A stretch of 50,888 nucleotides of DNA. Origin: a virus. Taxonomy: Duplodnaviria; Caudoviricetes. The notes beneath the pieces are model-generated. The model saw only the letters and a program-made list of their open reading frames with translations. It had not been told where the DNA came from and ran no database searches. The position numbers and the translations under genes are program-made. The stretch is from positions 1 through 50,888 of IMG/VR virus record IMGVR_UViG_3300022693_004335; one strand, 5' to 3'. Shown here one piece after another: positions 35,464 to 44,755 of this stretch (position 1 is its first letter; each line of letters begins with the position of its first letter).

Positions 35464-35793
35464 CTATTTGGTTGACTGGTTCTGTTTTATTGTCACGTCA
35501 AGTTGTGCAGCCATAAGCGCACCTGACTTTTCAAATTCTCTTTGGCGGTTGTCTGGGGTTGGGTTCCAAAATTCTTGATGCCACGGCCAAAATTCTTCTC
35601 TACGCCAATCTGTATCATTCATTGCGTATGCTAATGACGCGGAAGCTAATTCCTCATTCTCGTAATAGGTTTCAAGATCCCTTTCAACATCATAACCCTT
35701 CACTTCTTTTTGTCTTGCTCGCTCTTTGCATATTGCAGCACACCCGGGACCGAACTCCTTTTCTATTTCCTGAAGTAGTTGCTCTCTATTCAT
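35464..35793 (-). CDS. Hypothetical phage protein
   Basis: ERARQ...GY...D...ELA and WPW...W.P motifs. Confidence 0.7.
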   Translation of the reverse strand: MNREQLLQEIEKEFGPGCAAICKERARQKEVKGYDVERDLETYYENEELASASLAYAMNDTDWRREEFWPWHQEFWNPTPDNRQREFEKSGALMAAQLDVTIKQNQSTK

Positions 35794-35950
35794 TGTCCTT
35801 TTCCTTTTTAGCCTTCGGCTTTATCTCAACTCCCTTTCCAGCGTTTATGATTTCCTCTCCACGCTCTTTGGTTCTCTCGATTGTGGTTTTTGGGAGAATG
35901 GTTTCTCCGGTGATCTTATCGATGAACTTTTCAGTGACTTTTATCTTCAT
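35786..35950 (-). CDS. 54-aa hypothetical protein (not in ORF track)
   Basis: MKIKVTEKFIDKITGETILPKTTIERTKERGEEIINAGKGVEIK... Confidence 0.55.
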   Translation of the reverse strand: MKIKVTEKFIDKITGETILPKTTIERTKERGEEIINAGKGVEIKPKAKKEKDNE

Positions 35951-36101
35951 ATCTCGAATTTTTAATTATCTGATAATCAATATTTATGTCTCACTCTCTC
36001 ACAGGGTGGAGACAATCATTTCCTAATCAATATCAAGTGCCACGCTCCTGCCGCGATTCCTCCGCAAACTATTCCTGCGGCTACTATGGTTAATACTGCG
36101 C

Positions 36102-36434
36102 TCATACTGCATCCATTTCGTAAACTTCATACTTGGCTATCTGAGCATCCATCCAAGCGTAATCAAAAGAAACTCCGTTGAGTTCAAGGAAATCTCTATG
36201 CTTTCTAAACTGTTCTGCGGTAGTGTGCTTCTTGTCTCCAAGTTCTAAATGCTCAGCTCTTGTCTGGGCCATTAAGTTTTCGATTCGGTCTAGGCTTCGG
36301 TCTGGATTTCCTCCAGCACCGCGGCAAATGATATGGCAAACATCAATTGCTCTTTGTCCGCTGATCTCGCTAGGAATAAAATCAGTGTCAGAGTAGCCCA
36401 AGGCTTGCATATAGATCTTTGTATGAGGCTTCAT
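36102..36434 (-). CDS. HNH-like protein (degenerate)
   Basis: DVCHI..RG.GG...NLMA..R..H pattern, upstream of the packaging genes. Confidence 0.55.
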   Translation of the reverse strand: MKPHTKIYMQALGYSDTDFIPSEISGQRAIDVCHIICRGAGGNPDRSLDRIENLMAQTRAEHLELGDKKHTTAEQFRKHRDFLELNGVSFDYAWMDAQIAKYEVYEMDAV

Positions 36435-36574
36435 TTCCCTATTCCCTTTAGTTTCTCCAACCGCTCGCGGTATGGTTGCTTTGCTTTCTCACTTGCGTTT
36501 CCTAGAATCATATTCTCGTGGCTTTTAATTGCCTTATCGAGATTGATTACCGTTTCGCATTTTGAGATTTTCAT
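36431..36574 (-). CDS. 47-aa hypothetical protein (not in ORF track)
   Basis: MKISKCETVINLDKAIKSH...PYRERLEKLKGIGK; ATGA-coupled to the next gene. Confidence 0.55.
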   Translation of the reverse strand: MKISKCETVINLDKAIKSHENMILGNASEKAKQPYRERLEKLKGIGK

Positions 36575-36730
36575 TTTAAACTTTTTAAAAACCCAGAGGC
36601 TTGATTTTTGAATTACTCAAGCCTTATCTGGGTTTATACACGCTTATTGACTATTGGGCGTTTCCGCAGAATAATCGTCATCGTATTTTACCCTTCTCCT
36701 GTGTTCGTCAACTCAGAGGTTGGATTTCCG

Positions 36731-36804
36731 TAGCGGGAGCTGGATTCGAACCAGCGGCCTCCGGGTTATGGGCCCGGCGAGCTGACCATCTGCTCTATCC
36801 CACG
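36731..36804 (-). tRNA. tRNA-Met (CAT), initiator type
   Basis: Full cloverleaf with a 1:72 mismatch, anticodon stem CCGGG/CCCGG with three G-C pairs, loop CC-CAT-AA, T loop TTCGAAT; no encoded CCA. Confidence 0.93.
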
Positions 36805-36808
36805 ATTT

Positions 36809-36837
36809 AAAAAGCCTCACCTACTAAGCGAGGCTTT
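36809..36837 (-). terminator. Terminator-like hairpin immediately 5' of the tRNA
   Basis: Minus strand AAAGCCTC-loop-GAGGCTTTTT. Confidence 0.6.
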
Positions 36838-36853
36838 CAATTTTTAATATGTG

Positions 36854-37177
36854 CTATTCATTGCTGCAATTGAGCCCGTCTCTTGGGGACCTATAAACTT
36901 CTGGGGTGAAGGCTACTGCATAGGATTGAACAAGAGTTGATTTTAATTTCTCGGCTTTTTCAAAATCATTAATCACTGGAGTTAAATCAACTGGTTCTTT
37001 TTTTAAATTCACTTGCAATTCCTGAGAAACAGAAACAGCGGCTACCACTTGCACAGCCTGATCCTTATGGATTTCAGTTGCGCTTGAATTCTCGCTCAGG
37101 TCAGTTGTAGTATTACTGAATCCCGTGAAGCTGATCATACAGACCAACAACATCAATAAGCTAGCTATCGCTTTCAT
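36854..37177 (-). CDS. Secreted hypothetical protein
   Basis: Signal peptide MKAIASLLMLLVCMISFTGFS. Confidence 0.65.
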   Translation of the reverse strand: MKAIASLLMLLVCMISFTGFSNTTTDLSENSSATEIHKDQAVQVVAAVSVSQELQVNLKKEPVDLTPVINDFEKAEKLKSTLVQSYAVAFTPEVYRSPRDGLNCSNE

Positions 37178-37415
37178 ATAATCTTAATTGCCAGTTGGCA
37201 GAAATGTAAAATCGAAAGGACATAAAATGCCCGTAAAGGAATATTGAAGGCGTTAGCCTAATCGGAAAATTGGTAAGTGGTATTCTTGAAAATTGTTGCC
37301 TGATTAACAGGACTTAGGAAGATTGGTAAGGAGTATGCAAGATGCGAAAACCTTGTGATTATTCCTAGTTTTTAGGCTTAAAAGTTTTCGATTAATTTAA
37401 TGTTTCAAAATAGCA

Positions 37416-39134
37416 TTAAGCGGCTTCCGAAATAGTTCCCTTATATTTTTTCACTGCTTTATTATGCGCTTCAAATAGTGCTTTAGCGGTTTTCACTTCA
37501 ACACTATTACCGATGAATTTCTTTTGATCAGTTTGATTTCCTACAAGTTGATAGTCTGCCGGAAAGCCTTGTATTTGTAATAGTTCTTTAACCAGTAGCA
37601 TTCGCATTTTTATATCTGTGATACCGTAAGCAGCCATAAACTTTTTGATCTTCACCATCGTTGGAGTATCGCAATCATAGACAGGAATTGCAAATCCTTT
37701 ACCTTGTTCACAGATAACTAAACCAAGTGGCTTTTTATCTTGCCGGGCAATGATCACCGGGCAAGGTTTTTCAACTGAGTTACCAGGATTCTTGAATTGT
37801 GGATTGAATAAGAAATGCTCAGCTTCAACCAAGTTATGCTTGTCGTTATTTACGATGGTTGCTGCAGGACCGGTCACAGGGCGAATAAAACCACCACCAG
37901 AATAATTGAGCATTAAGTAATTCACTTTAGCAAACTTTGGATTTTGTGTAATCGTACCAAGTGGTTGATCAACCTTAGAAGGTTTGCTGTTTCCATATTG
38001 CTGATCAATAAATGTGGTTTCAACCTTGCTGAATCGATCTTTGGTTGTTACTGTTGGGCACGGTTCATCTGTGCTGTGCGCGTGACCGTTGCCATAATAC
38101 GATTGCAAGAATGAAGCATTTACCATTCCCAGTCTGCTTTGAGCGGCAACTGTAGGACAAGGATCTTCAATTGAAGGCGGCACGTGCTTTCCGTTTTTTG
38201 ATACTGAATTGTATTTTAGAATAAAATCACAGTTAACAATTGCCTGACCATCTTTGCACTTCACAGTACCGGCGGGACCTTCAACAGAAATCACTTTTCC
38301 CATTGGTCTTCCGGAATAGTATTTCTTGATAAAGCTTTCGTCACCATTAGCAACAAACTTCACGAGACCAGCGTAAATGCGTTTGAGTGTATTTTCAACA
38401 AGCGGTTTTTTACGGTTGAATATCGATTTACCTTCCGTATCAAAGTCAAGCACTTCTTTTACCGGCTTCCACTTTTTAAGAGGGTTATCGAACAAGCCTT
38501 CAGACTTTAATGGATTTTTAGTGTGCGTTTGTTCTGGCCACGCAATAGGTAGCTTACCTTTTGCAAACTGCGCAAAGAATCTATTTCGGGCAGTGTAGGC
38601 TCCAAAGTCAGCACTATTCAATTCACGCCAATCGTATCGATATCCATAAGCGCGAATAGAATCAATCCATCTTAAGTAATCCTGACCGCGCTTGCGTGAT
38701 ACCGGTTTCCCTTTTGCATCCAGCGGTCCCCAACTCATAAACTCAACCACGTTTTCAATCATCAAATAGTCAGGCTTTATCGCTTTGAGATACATATGCA
38801 AATGATCTGCAAGCGTTCTACTATCTGCCTCACGTGGTAAGCCTCCTTTTGCTTTACTGAAGTTCGTACACTCGAGACTTGCCCAAATGGTAATAATGCA
38901 ATCAGGATAAAGCTTTCTTAAGGCATCAACACGAAGCTTTAAAAACCAAACAACCTCCGGGTTTCTAATATCCTCAATAAAATGCTTGGCCTGTGGATGG
39001 TTTAAACGGTGGCTTTCTATCGCTTTTGTATCGTGATTAACGCAAGCGATTACCTTGGCGCTTCCTTTGGATAAGTGAACACCTTCGGAAGTGCCACCTG
39101 CTCCACAGAATAAGTCAATTACAAATTCTTTCAT
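37416..39134 (-). CDS. DNA (cytosine-5)-methyltransferase
   Basis: Motif I DLFCGAGG, motif IV SLECTNFS, motif VI ENV, motif VIII TARNRFF, motifs IX-X QGFP and IGNSV. Confidence 0.92.
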   Translation of the reverse strand: MKEFVIDLFCGAGGTSEGVHLSKGSAKVIACVNHDTKAIESHRLNHPQAKHFIEDIRNPEVVWFLKLRVDALRKLYPDCIITIWASLECTNFSKAKGGLPREADSRTLADHLHMYLKAIKPDYLMIENVVEFMSWGPLDAKGKPVSRKRGQDYLRWIDSIRAYGYRYDWRELNSADFGAYTARNRFFAQFAKGKLPIAWPEQTHTKNPLKSEGLFDNPLKKWKPVKEVLDFDTEGKSIFNRKKPLVENTLKRIYAGLVKFVANGDESFIKKYYSGRPMGKVISVEGPAGTVKCKDGQAIVNCDFILKYNSVSKNGKHVPPSIEDPCPTVAAQSRLGMVNASFLQSYYGNGHAHSTDEPCPTVTTKDRFSKVETTFIDQQYGNSKPSKVDQPLGTITQNPKFAKVNYLMLNYSGGGFIRPVTGPAATIVNNDKHNLVEAEHFLFNPQFKNPGNSVEKPCPVIIARQDKKPLGLVICEQGKGFAIPVYDCDTPTMVKIKKFMAAYGITDIKMRMLLVKELLQIQGFPADYQLVGNQTDQKKFIGNSVEVKTAKALFEAHNKAVKKYKGTISEAA

Positions 39135-39591
39135 TTTTCTAATACTTCTTTTAATTCGATTGATTTTGCCTCAAGAATCTGAATAATGCCGTCGATGCTT
39201 TCGGATCTCTTAATGTCTCGAGTTAGGCTGTTCTTCAGCATAAATAGCGTGGGATCTCCAATCCTTAATTGAACTCGTTCCTTGATGGTTTCAAGATTTT
39301 GGCGCTCGTTTTTATACAGGTGAATAGCATTCGATATTTTTTTCGATGAATTCATCACAGTTGCATGATCGAACGACCTATACTTCACCGTTGAATATCC
39401 AATTTCTGCGAAACTCAAACCTGTGAACACATTTGCTAAGTAGTGATAGGTTTGACGGGGCTTTACTAGATGATAATTTCTTTTATCTGAAAAACTTCCT
39501 CGGGCTCTAGATGATAAAAGCTCAGGACTTCCTCTTGTATAACATCGAGTATTGCTCTGTTTTCTACGGATATAATTCGCTTTGCTTTCAT
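39131..39591 (-). pseudogene. DnaA domain IV-like DNA-binding protein, frameshifted at a T5 run
   Basis: The ATG at 39591 stops at 39466. Adding one T at 39490-39494 joins it to SDKRNYHLVKPRQ...LSFAEIG...DHATVMNS. Confidence 0.65.
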
Positions 39592-40496
39592 TTTCTAAAA
39601 CTTTTACCCTTAAACACGATCACATTGAACATTTCGAATAGCCGGTCATAAACTTGACTACTGTATTTTTCTCCGAATTGCATCAGTCCTTGATCTACGT
39701 CATTGGGGTGTTGATCGTTGAAATTGCAACTGATGTATGTGCGTAGCTTTTTCTTGTATCGCTCTTGAATGATATCGTTGAAAAGATTTATTTTCCCGTA
39801 GTTATTTGCAATTCGCTCCGTTAGGACATCATCGAAATATTTTACTCCCGAAAGCATTGTTTTCCAGAATTCGTCCTTATCTCGAATGTTTTGCTGAGGA
39901 TCTGCACCGCAGGTTTCGTACATCTTCACAACTTCATTCGCTGAATATCCGCGGAATGTTATGTTTGAATTTCTAAGAGCTGAATCCAAAGCATTCATTG
40001 TGCTGCTTTTCCCATTGCCATAACCTCCAATGATTAGCAATCCTTTACTCAAACTAGGTTGAGAAACTAGAGAAACATTCTTGCATCGCTTAAAATTTTC
40101 TTCGTCACCGATGAAATAATATATCAGAGGTTTAATGTTTTCAACCTGATCTGGCTGCTTAGAATATCTTACACCTTCATTAGCGAGATAACAATCACTA
40201 AATCTTTTCCATAGAAGCTCCTTTGTCAATTTAACCGGATCTCGGAAAATTTGTTCCTGAGGTTTCAAGGGAGTTTTTGTAAAATTCACAGGGTTATTCG
40301 CTGCTGCATAAGCGTCTCGTTGACGAATCGCTTCCGAAACTTTCAAACCTGGACACGTTTTTTCTAGGTAGTCCAAATTTTCTTCTGTGATATTATCGAG
40401 GTCCAAACCTTTGAGAAAATCATATTTTCTTTTCCCAATGATAGGTTCAGTTTTACTTTTCGCTAAATCTTCAATTCTTTTTTGCGCGTTTTCCAT
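39588..40496 (-). CDS. Replication ATPase (DnaC/IstB-like helicase loader)
   Basis: Walker A GGYGNGKS, Walker B YFDD, DRLFEMFN and GKSFR; follows the initiator gene. Confidence 0.82.
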   Translation of the reverse strand: MENAQKRIEDLAKSKTEPIIGKRKYDFLKGLDLDNITEENLDYLEKTCPGLKVSEAIRQRDAYAAANNPVNFTKTPLKPQEQIFRDPVKLTKELLWKRFSDCYLANEGVRYSKQPDQVENIKPLIYYFIGDEENFKRCKNVSLVSQPSLSKGLLIIGGYGNGKSSTMNALDSALRNSNITFRGYSANEVVKMYETCGADPQQNIRDKDEFWKTMLSGVKYFDDVLTERIANNYGKINLFNDIIQERYKKKLRTYISCNFNDQHPNDVDQGLMQFGEKYSSQVYDRLFEMFNVIVFKGKSFRK

Positions 40497-41272
40497 TATC
40501 GATTTGTTGAGAAGGTTTGCTGTTTATTAGCTGAAGCATTATTTACCCAAGAATACTTGAATCCTGACCAGCTATTTTGAGCTGCAATTTTTACAGCCTC
40601 AGGGAGTGGGAAATTATTTTTCTCACACTCGTTTACGAACTGGTTAAATGCCGTTTCTGAATAAACAGCTTTCTTTTTGTCTCTAGCTTTGAACCAATCT
40701 TTGATGTGTTGCTCTTCAGCTCCCAGTTCAATTAATTTTTTTGAAAAGGTCTTTTTATTAAATATTTCTTTATTTACATTTTCATCTTCAATTGCATCTT
40801 CATTTACTAAATGCTTAAGCAATGCTTTAAGCGACCCTTCAAGGGTCTTATGTTTTTTAATTAGTGTTATTAAATTTTCTTTACCATAGGTTTGATAAGC
40901 AAAGTCTTTAAGAGCTTTAAAATCTTTAGCTGATAATTCGGATTTTGCCTTTTTCCAAAACTGCCCAATAGTACCATTAATGGACTGCTTGTTTGAATAT
41001 TCAGTACGATCTTGAATGACTTGATCAAGCTTTGCATTAAACCAAGTACCATCTTCTTTTTGCTTAAACTTTGCTTTAAGGGTCGCTTTAAGGGTCGCTT
41101 CATCGATACCAGAGCAATACATTAAAACTCTGCGCAAATCAGAAGGTATATTTCCGTTTTGATGTTGGTAAATCATTAGGTCTAAGTAACAAGCTCTCTC
41201 TTCTGGCAGCATCATTCGAGTGCCTTCATAAAAATCTTTACTGTATAAAAGGAATGCTGGATCTTTCGCCAT
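40496..41272 (-). CDS. Phage replication initiator (DUF1376/YdaU-like N-terminus)
   Basis: MAKDPAFLLYSKDF...EERACYLDLM; internal iteron-like repeats; upstream of the loader ATPase. Confidence 0.75.
   Translation of the reverse strand: MAKDPAFLLYSKDFYEGTRMMLPEERACYLDLMIYQHQNGNIPSDLRRVLMYCSGIDEATLKATLKAKFKQKEDGTWFNAKLDQVIQDRTEYSNKQSINGTIGQFWKKAKSELSAKDFKALKDFAYQTYGKENLITLIKKHKTLEGSLKALLKHLVNEDAIEDENVNKEIFNKKTFSKKLIELGAEEQHIKDWFKARDKKKAVYSETAFNQFVNECEKNNFPLPEAVKIAAQNSWSGFKYSWVNNASANKQQTFSTNR
40824..41100. repeat. Iteron-like repeats (putative replication origin)
   Basis: GCTTTAAGGGTC in tandem at 41073-41096 and palindrome GACCCTT-C-AAGGGTC at 40833-40847. Confidence 0.55.
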
Positions 41273-41274
41273 TC

Positions 41275-42822
41275 TTATAATTTTTCTGGTAGCGGGAAAC
41301 CTTTTATTTCCGCCACACGTTGATTGAATAAGGCCCATACATCGCGGTCCTTAAATTTGAAGTGAACAGTGCCTTTCTTATGGCATTTGAATTCAAAGAA
41401 GTCCCAGTCGCACCATTGGCCCCATTGAGGACGCTTAAACAAGCTGTATTTCTTTCCGGGATAATAGGTCTCAGCAAATTCTTTAGCAGATTCTTCTGTG
41501 AATGCCGTAGGGCTTCCGTATTTGTTTCCTGAGCGGTTTAAAAGCTTATTGTATATAATATCAGTAATGGTGGTTCCTTCGACTGATAAGTAGCAATTCT
41601 CTGTTCTTATGCGGTTGTAATAGCTCAGCATTGAATCCCAATTTTTACCAGTGAGATAGCATAACACCTTGTTTATATCATCCATTTTATTATCCGACTG
41701 CCATCCTGTTTCTATACCACCGCCGTAAGAAACTTTAACCATATCTGGAAAGATGAATTTTTCACCTACTAAATAATGCTTATTTGTCTTCCACCCCGGT
41801 AAAGAATATCTATTGTCATGGTAAAAGCTTGTAATCCTATCAAAAGTCTCAATTATGGCTTTATTCATAGTTTGCCCCCGTGTCTGAACAATCATATCCA
41901 TCATTTGATAAATGTTCTTCTGGGTGAATGGGATGTGTGTCTGCTGCTCTACAAACTTGTTGATATCATTCATCACCTGCGAGGTGACAAACTTTTTGAT
42001 CTTCAGCTTTGAAATGATCCATTCCCAACTCCTCTTTTGAAGCTCTTTAGAAAATTCCTCTTTATCAAGCGTTGACTTTCGATGTGTTAATGAGATCCCT
42101 ATTTGACCTCCCATTCCCACCGGTTTGATATATGCGTCTAATCTATTGGCGCGTTCTACGAATTCGTCAAACTCTTTCAAGCTTCCTATGTAGCGCATAA
42201 CGATGTCTCTTACCTCGTTGTATGGTAAAAGACCGTCCTGTCCTCCAAACTCTTCGTCTGCATCCAAATAGAAGCCTTCGAACTTGGTCTGGTCTGAAAT
42301 AACCGGCTTGATCAACTTAATAAGACCAATATCTATTCCTGTGGTTCGTTCTGCTTCATTAAACACAGGACCTAAATTTGTTGAGCTGCCATTTTCTTTT
42401 ATTAATACTTCAAGTTGCCGGCGATTTCTGGAGAATGAATTGTTAATCGTTTCCCAGTTGCATAAAGCAATGATCTGGCAACCTTCAGGTGCTACTTCGT
42501 AAGCTTTTAGAATATGCTTGTCAGCGTTGCTAAATGGTGGATTCATAATGATCAAGTCCACGTGGCTGATCTGCTCTGGCCTGCATTGAAAGAAATCCTC
42601 TCCAATCACCTTGCATTTTGAACCTAGTATGGCTCTTAAATCTGAAAGTTCTTCAAATGCCAGGACTTGCTTCGCTCCTCGATCTTGACAGACTTCGACT
42701 ATATGACCGCTTCCAGCCGATGGTTCTAGTATTACCTTTCCTGTAAGATCTAAACCAAATAGCATTTCTTCAATTACCGGTGCCGGTGTTGGGAAAAACT
42801 CTGAATTGAAAATTGTTTTCAT
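41275..42822 (-). CDS. Amino (likely N6-adenine) DNA methyltransferase with DUF4942-like C-terminus
   Basis: FFPTP, ILEPSAGSG and MNPPF motifs; C-terminal FFEFKCHKKGTVHFKF. Confidence 0.85.
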   Translation of the reverse strand: MKTIFNSEFFPTPAPVIEEMLFGLDLTGKVILEPSAGSGHIVEVCQDRGAKQVLAFEELSDLRAILGSKCKVIGEDFFQCRPEQISHVDLIIMNPPFSNADKHILKAYEVAPEGCQIIALCNWETINNSFSRNRRQLEVLIKENGSSTNLGPVFNEAERTTGIDIGLIKLIKPVISDQTKFEGFYLDADEEFGGQDGLLPYNEVRDIVMRYIGSLKEFDEFVERANRLDAYIKPVGMGGQIGISLTHRKSTLDKEEFSKELQKRSWEWIISKLKIKKFVTSQVMNDINKFVEQQTHIPFTQKNIYQMMDMIVQTRGQTMNKAIIETFDRITSFYHDNRYSLPGWKTNKHYLVGEKFIFPDMVKVSYGGGIETGWQSDNKMDDINKVLCYLTGKNWDSMLSYYNRIRTENCYLSVEGTTITDIIYNKLLNRSGNKYGSPTAFTEESAKEFAETYYPGKKYSLFKRPQWGQWCDWDFFEFKCHKKGTVHFKFKDRDVWALFNQRVAEIKGFPLPEKL

Positions 42823-43094
42823 GCTATTTGATTTTTCACCGCTTGAATTGACTTAGCGATGATGTTATTGTACTTCGCGCCGCTTCTTGAAATACTTCCT
42901 TTATTTACGGCGCCTATTAGGACGTTATCTCCTTCTTTGAACTCTGAGAGAAGCGCAAGCATTCTAGAGCCGTTAAATTCAATGAATGATGTTTGATTTA
43001 TTTCTTCTTCTAGTTGTACTTTCTTTTTCTGGTGACCGGTTCCATCCGGATCTAATTCTGATATATTGACAATTATTCCTGTATAAATCTTCAT
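42819..43094 (-). CDS. OB-fold-like protein (DUF3127-like)
   Basis: Strand pattern with EF.G, L..FKEGD.V.I and YNNI.A.SI. Confidence 0.55.
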   Translation of the reverse strand: MKIYTGIIVNISELDPDGTGHQKKKVQLEEEINQTSFIEFNGSRMLALLSEFKEGDNVLIGAVNKGSISRSGAKYNNIIAKSIQAVKNQIA

Positions 43095-43145
43095 AGGTAT
43101 CTATTATTGCGCTACCTCGATTTCTGGGCTACATTTGCCTTATAG

Positions 43146-43466
43146 TTATTTGAAATCGTTGATGCTTTTCTTGTTAGGGTTATTCGGATTGAGTGGATGC
43201 TTTGGATTATTGTGAACGTGTTGGTGGCAGGTTTCACAAAGGCAGCAGAGCCATTCTAAAAATTCAAGTTCTTTACCAAATATCTTTGTGCCGTTGATCT
43301 TATAGAGTATGTGGTGTACCTCTAATCTGATCTTTGCGGCACAAATGATACATTGGAATTTATCGCGGATTTTGACTTTGCGTTTTACTTTTTCCCAGTA
43401 GGGATTATCCTTAAGCGATTTTCGGTAATTCGAAGGCCTTCCTCTGCGATGATTTAATCGGCCCAC
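43146..43466 (-). CDS. HNH endonuclease
   Basis: RDKFQCIIC, LEVHH and LCETCHQHVH motifs. Confidence 0.88.
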   Translation of the reverse strand: MGRLNHRRGRPSNYRKSLKDNPYWEKVKRKVKIRDKFQCIICAAKIRLEVHHILYKINGTKIFGKELEFLEWLCCLCETCHQHVHNNPKHPLNPNNPNKKSINDFK

Positions 43467-44029
43467 TATTCGTTAGCCGCCTTTTTAAGTCGCTCGAAAT
43501 AGACAGCGTTCTTTTCACTAGTTGAGATTAAATCGTCTATTTCATATTGAGCTATGTCACGAACCTTAGCCAACTTTATCTCACCATCGATAAAAGCATA
43601 ATAGTATCGCTTACCATCAAACACTACTTCCCAAGTATTAGATGGGTCTAGCTCTATTTCAGTCACTCGCTCATTGGCTTCTGCAGCTAGTTGCTGAATT
43701 TTATTTAAACTAGCGTTAACCATTTCTTTTGCGTCCTTTTCAATTTGTTTGGCACGTTCCAATTCTTCGAGCTTTTTCATATGATCAAGCTTATATTGAG
43801 GAAGTGTATCTTCAAGTTCTTCTTGATAATGTTCACGGATCTGTTCCAACTCGTAGTCATCCATAAATCGTTGCGCAGTTAGTTTTGTGCTAACGGCCAA
43901 AAGGTTTTGCCCCATAAATACGCGCGCATCTTCATCGCTTTCAAATTGCCCTAATACTTGAGGAACACGTTTTGACTCCGCTGTAAATACAATTTCATTT
44001 GGTCTGTAATCTTCTGCTACTTTTTTCAT
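43466..44029 (-). CDS. Hypothetical protein
   Basis: 187 aa in a packed early operon. Confidence 0.7.
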   Translation of the reverse strand: MKKVAEDYRPNEIVFTAESKRVPQVLGQFESDEDARVFMGQNLLAVSTKLTAQRFMDDYELEQIREHYQEELEDTLPQYKLDHMKKLEELERAKQIEKDAKEMVNASLNKIQQLAAEANERVTEIELDPSNTWEVVFDGKRYYYAFIDGEIKLAKVRDIAQYEIDDLISTSEKNAVYFERLKKAANE

Positions 44030-44030
44030 T

Positions 44031-44414
44031 CTAAGTTGTTTTTGATAATTCCTGTTTTAGTGATGGATTGATATATTCTTCAAACTGGCTCAATCCCTTT
44101 TTTAACCAGTGTTCGTATTTAGCTTTCTTACGCTTTCGGGCGTTATGGATTTGCTTTAGACTGCTAGGTTGATACTTGAAGTAAGTCTGGAAACTGTGGT
44201 GTGATTTTTTAGTTCCTTGCTCTTCAATCAATCCCATATCCAATAGATCACTTACTCTGGCTGAAGCTGTCTGGTGCTTCATATTAAGTTTGCGCTCCAA
44301 TTCAGAAAGCGTTGTGTATGGCTTGGTTTTAATGTGGTGGAGGACTCTAGCCATATCTGTTTGAAGCTTTCCTGATTTTACCTGATCGAGTAATGCTTTG
44401 ATTCGTGGTGTCAT
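44031..44414 (-). CDS. Winged-helix DNA-binding protein
   Basis: TLSELERKLNMKHQTASARVSDLLDMGLI. Confidence 0.75.
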   Translation of the reverse strand: MTPRIKALLDQVKSGKLQTDMARVLHHIKTKPYTTLSELERKLNMKHQTASARVSDLLDMGLIEEQGTKKSHHSFQTYFKYQPSSLKQIHNARKRKKAKYEHWLKKGLSQFEEYINPSLKQELSKTT

Positions 44415-44752
44415 GTTTTCGGTGTTAGAAAAGTGAATTCGCTTACGTCTATTTCGGTTGAAAATCTTTCAGTGCCGTTAGTGTCCTGCCATTTTCTGGT
44501 CTTGATCCTGCCCTTTACGTAAACCTTATCTCCTTTTTTAAGATACTTCTCGCATATCTCAGCGCCTTTATTACGCACTATGCAAGAGTGCCATTCTGTT
44601 GAGCTTACTTTCTCTCCGGTTTGCCTGTTGGTGTACTCTTCGTTAGTAGCAATTGAAAATCTACCAACGCTGCCACCACCTTCGAAATAGTGCATTTTTA
44701 CATCATCTCCATTGTGACCGATTAGCATTACTTTGTTTAATGTTCCTGCCAT
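44411..44752 (-). CDS. ssb: Single-stranded DNA-binding protein (no acidic tail)
   Basis: LNKVMLIG, FSIATNE, TEWH, YLKKGDKVYVKGRIKTRKWQD motifs. Confidence 0.93.
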   Translation of the reverse strand: MAGTLNKVMLIGHNGDDVKMHYFEGGGSVGRFSIATNEEYTNRQTGEKVSSTEWHSCIVRNKGAEICEKYLKKGDKVYVKGRIKTRKWQDTNGTERFSTEIDVSEFTFLTPKT

Positions 44753-44755
44753 TGT

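Noticed and set aside
36731-36804. tRNA as a prophage attachment site
   Set aside because: It is internal to the phage gene order, has no adjacent integrase, and I saw no duplicated 3' fragment.
37268-37338. ATTGGTAAG direct repeat upstream of the late region
   Set aside because: Only a 9-bp match in AT-rich DNA, with spacing that does not fit the CACCTACGCA promoter pattern; too weak to call.
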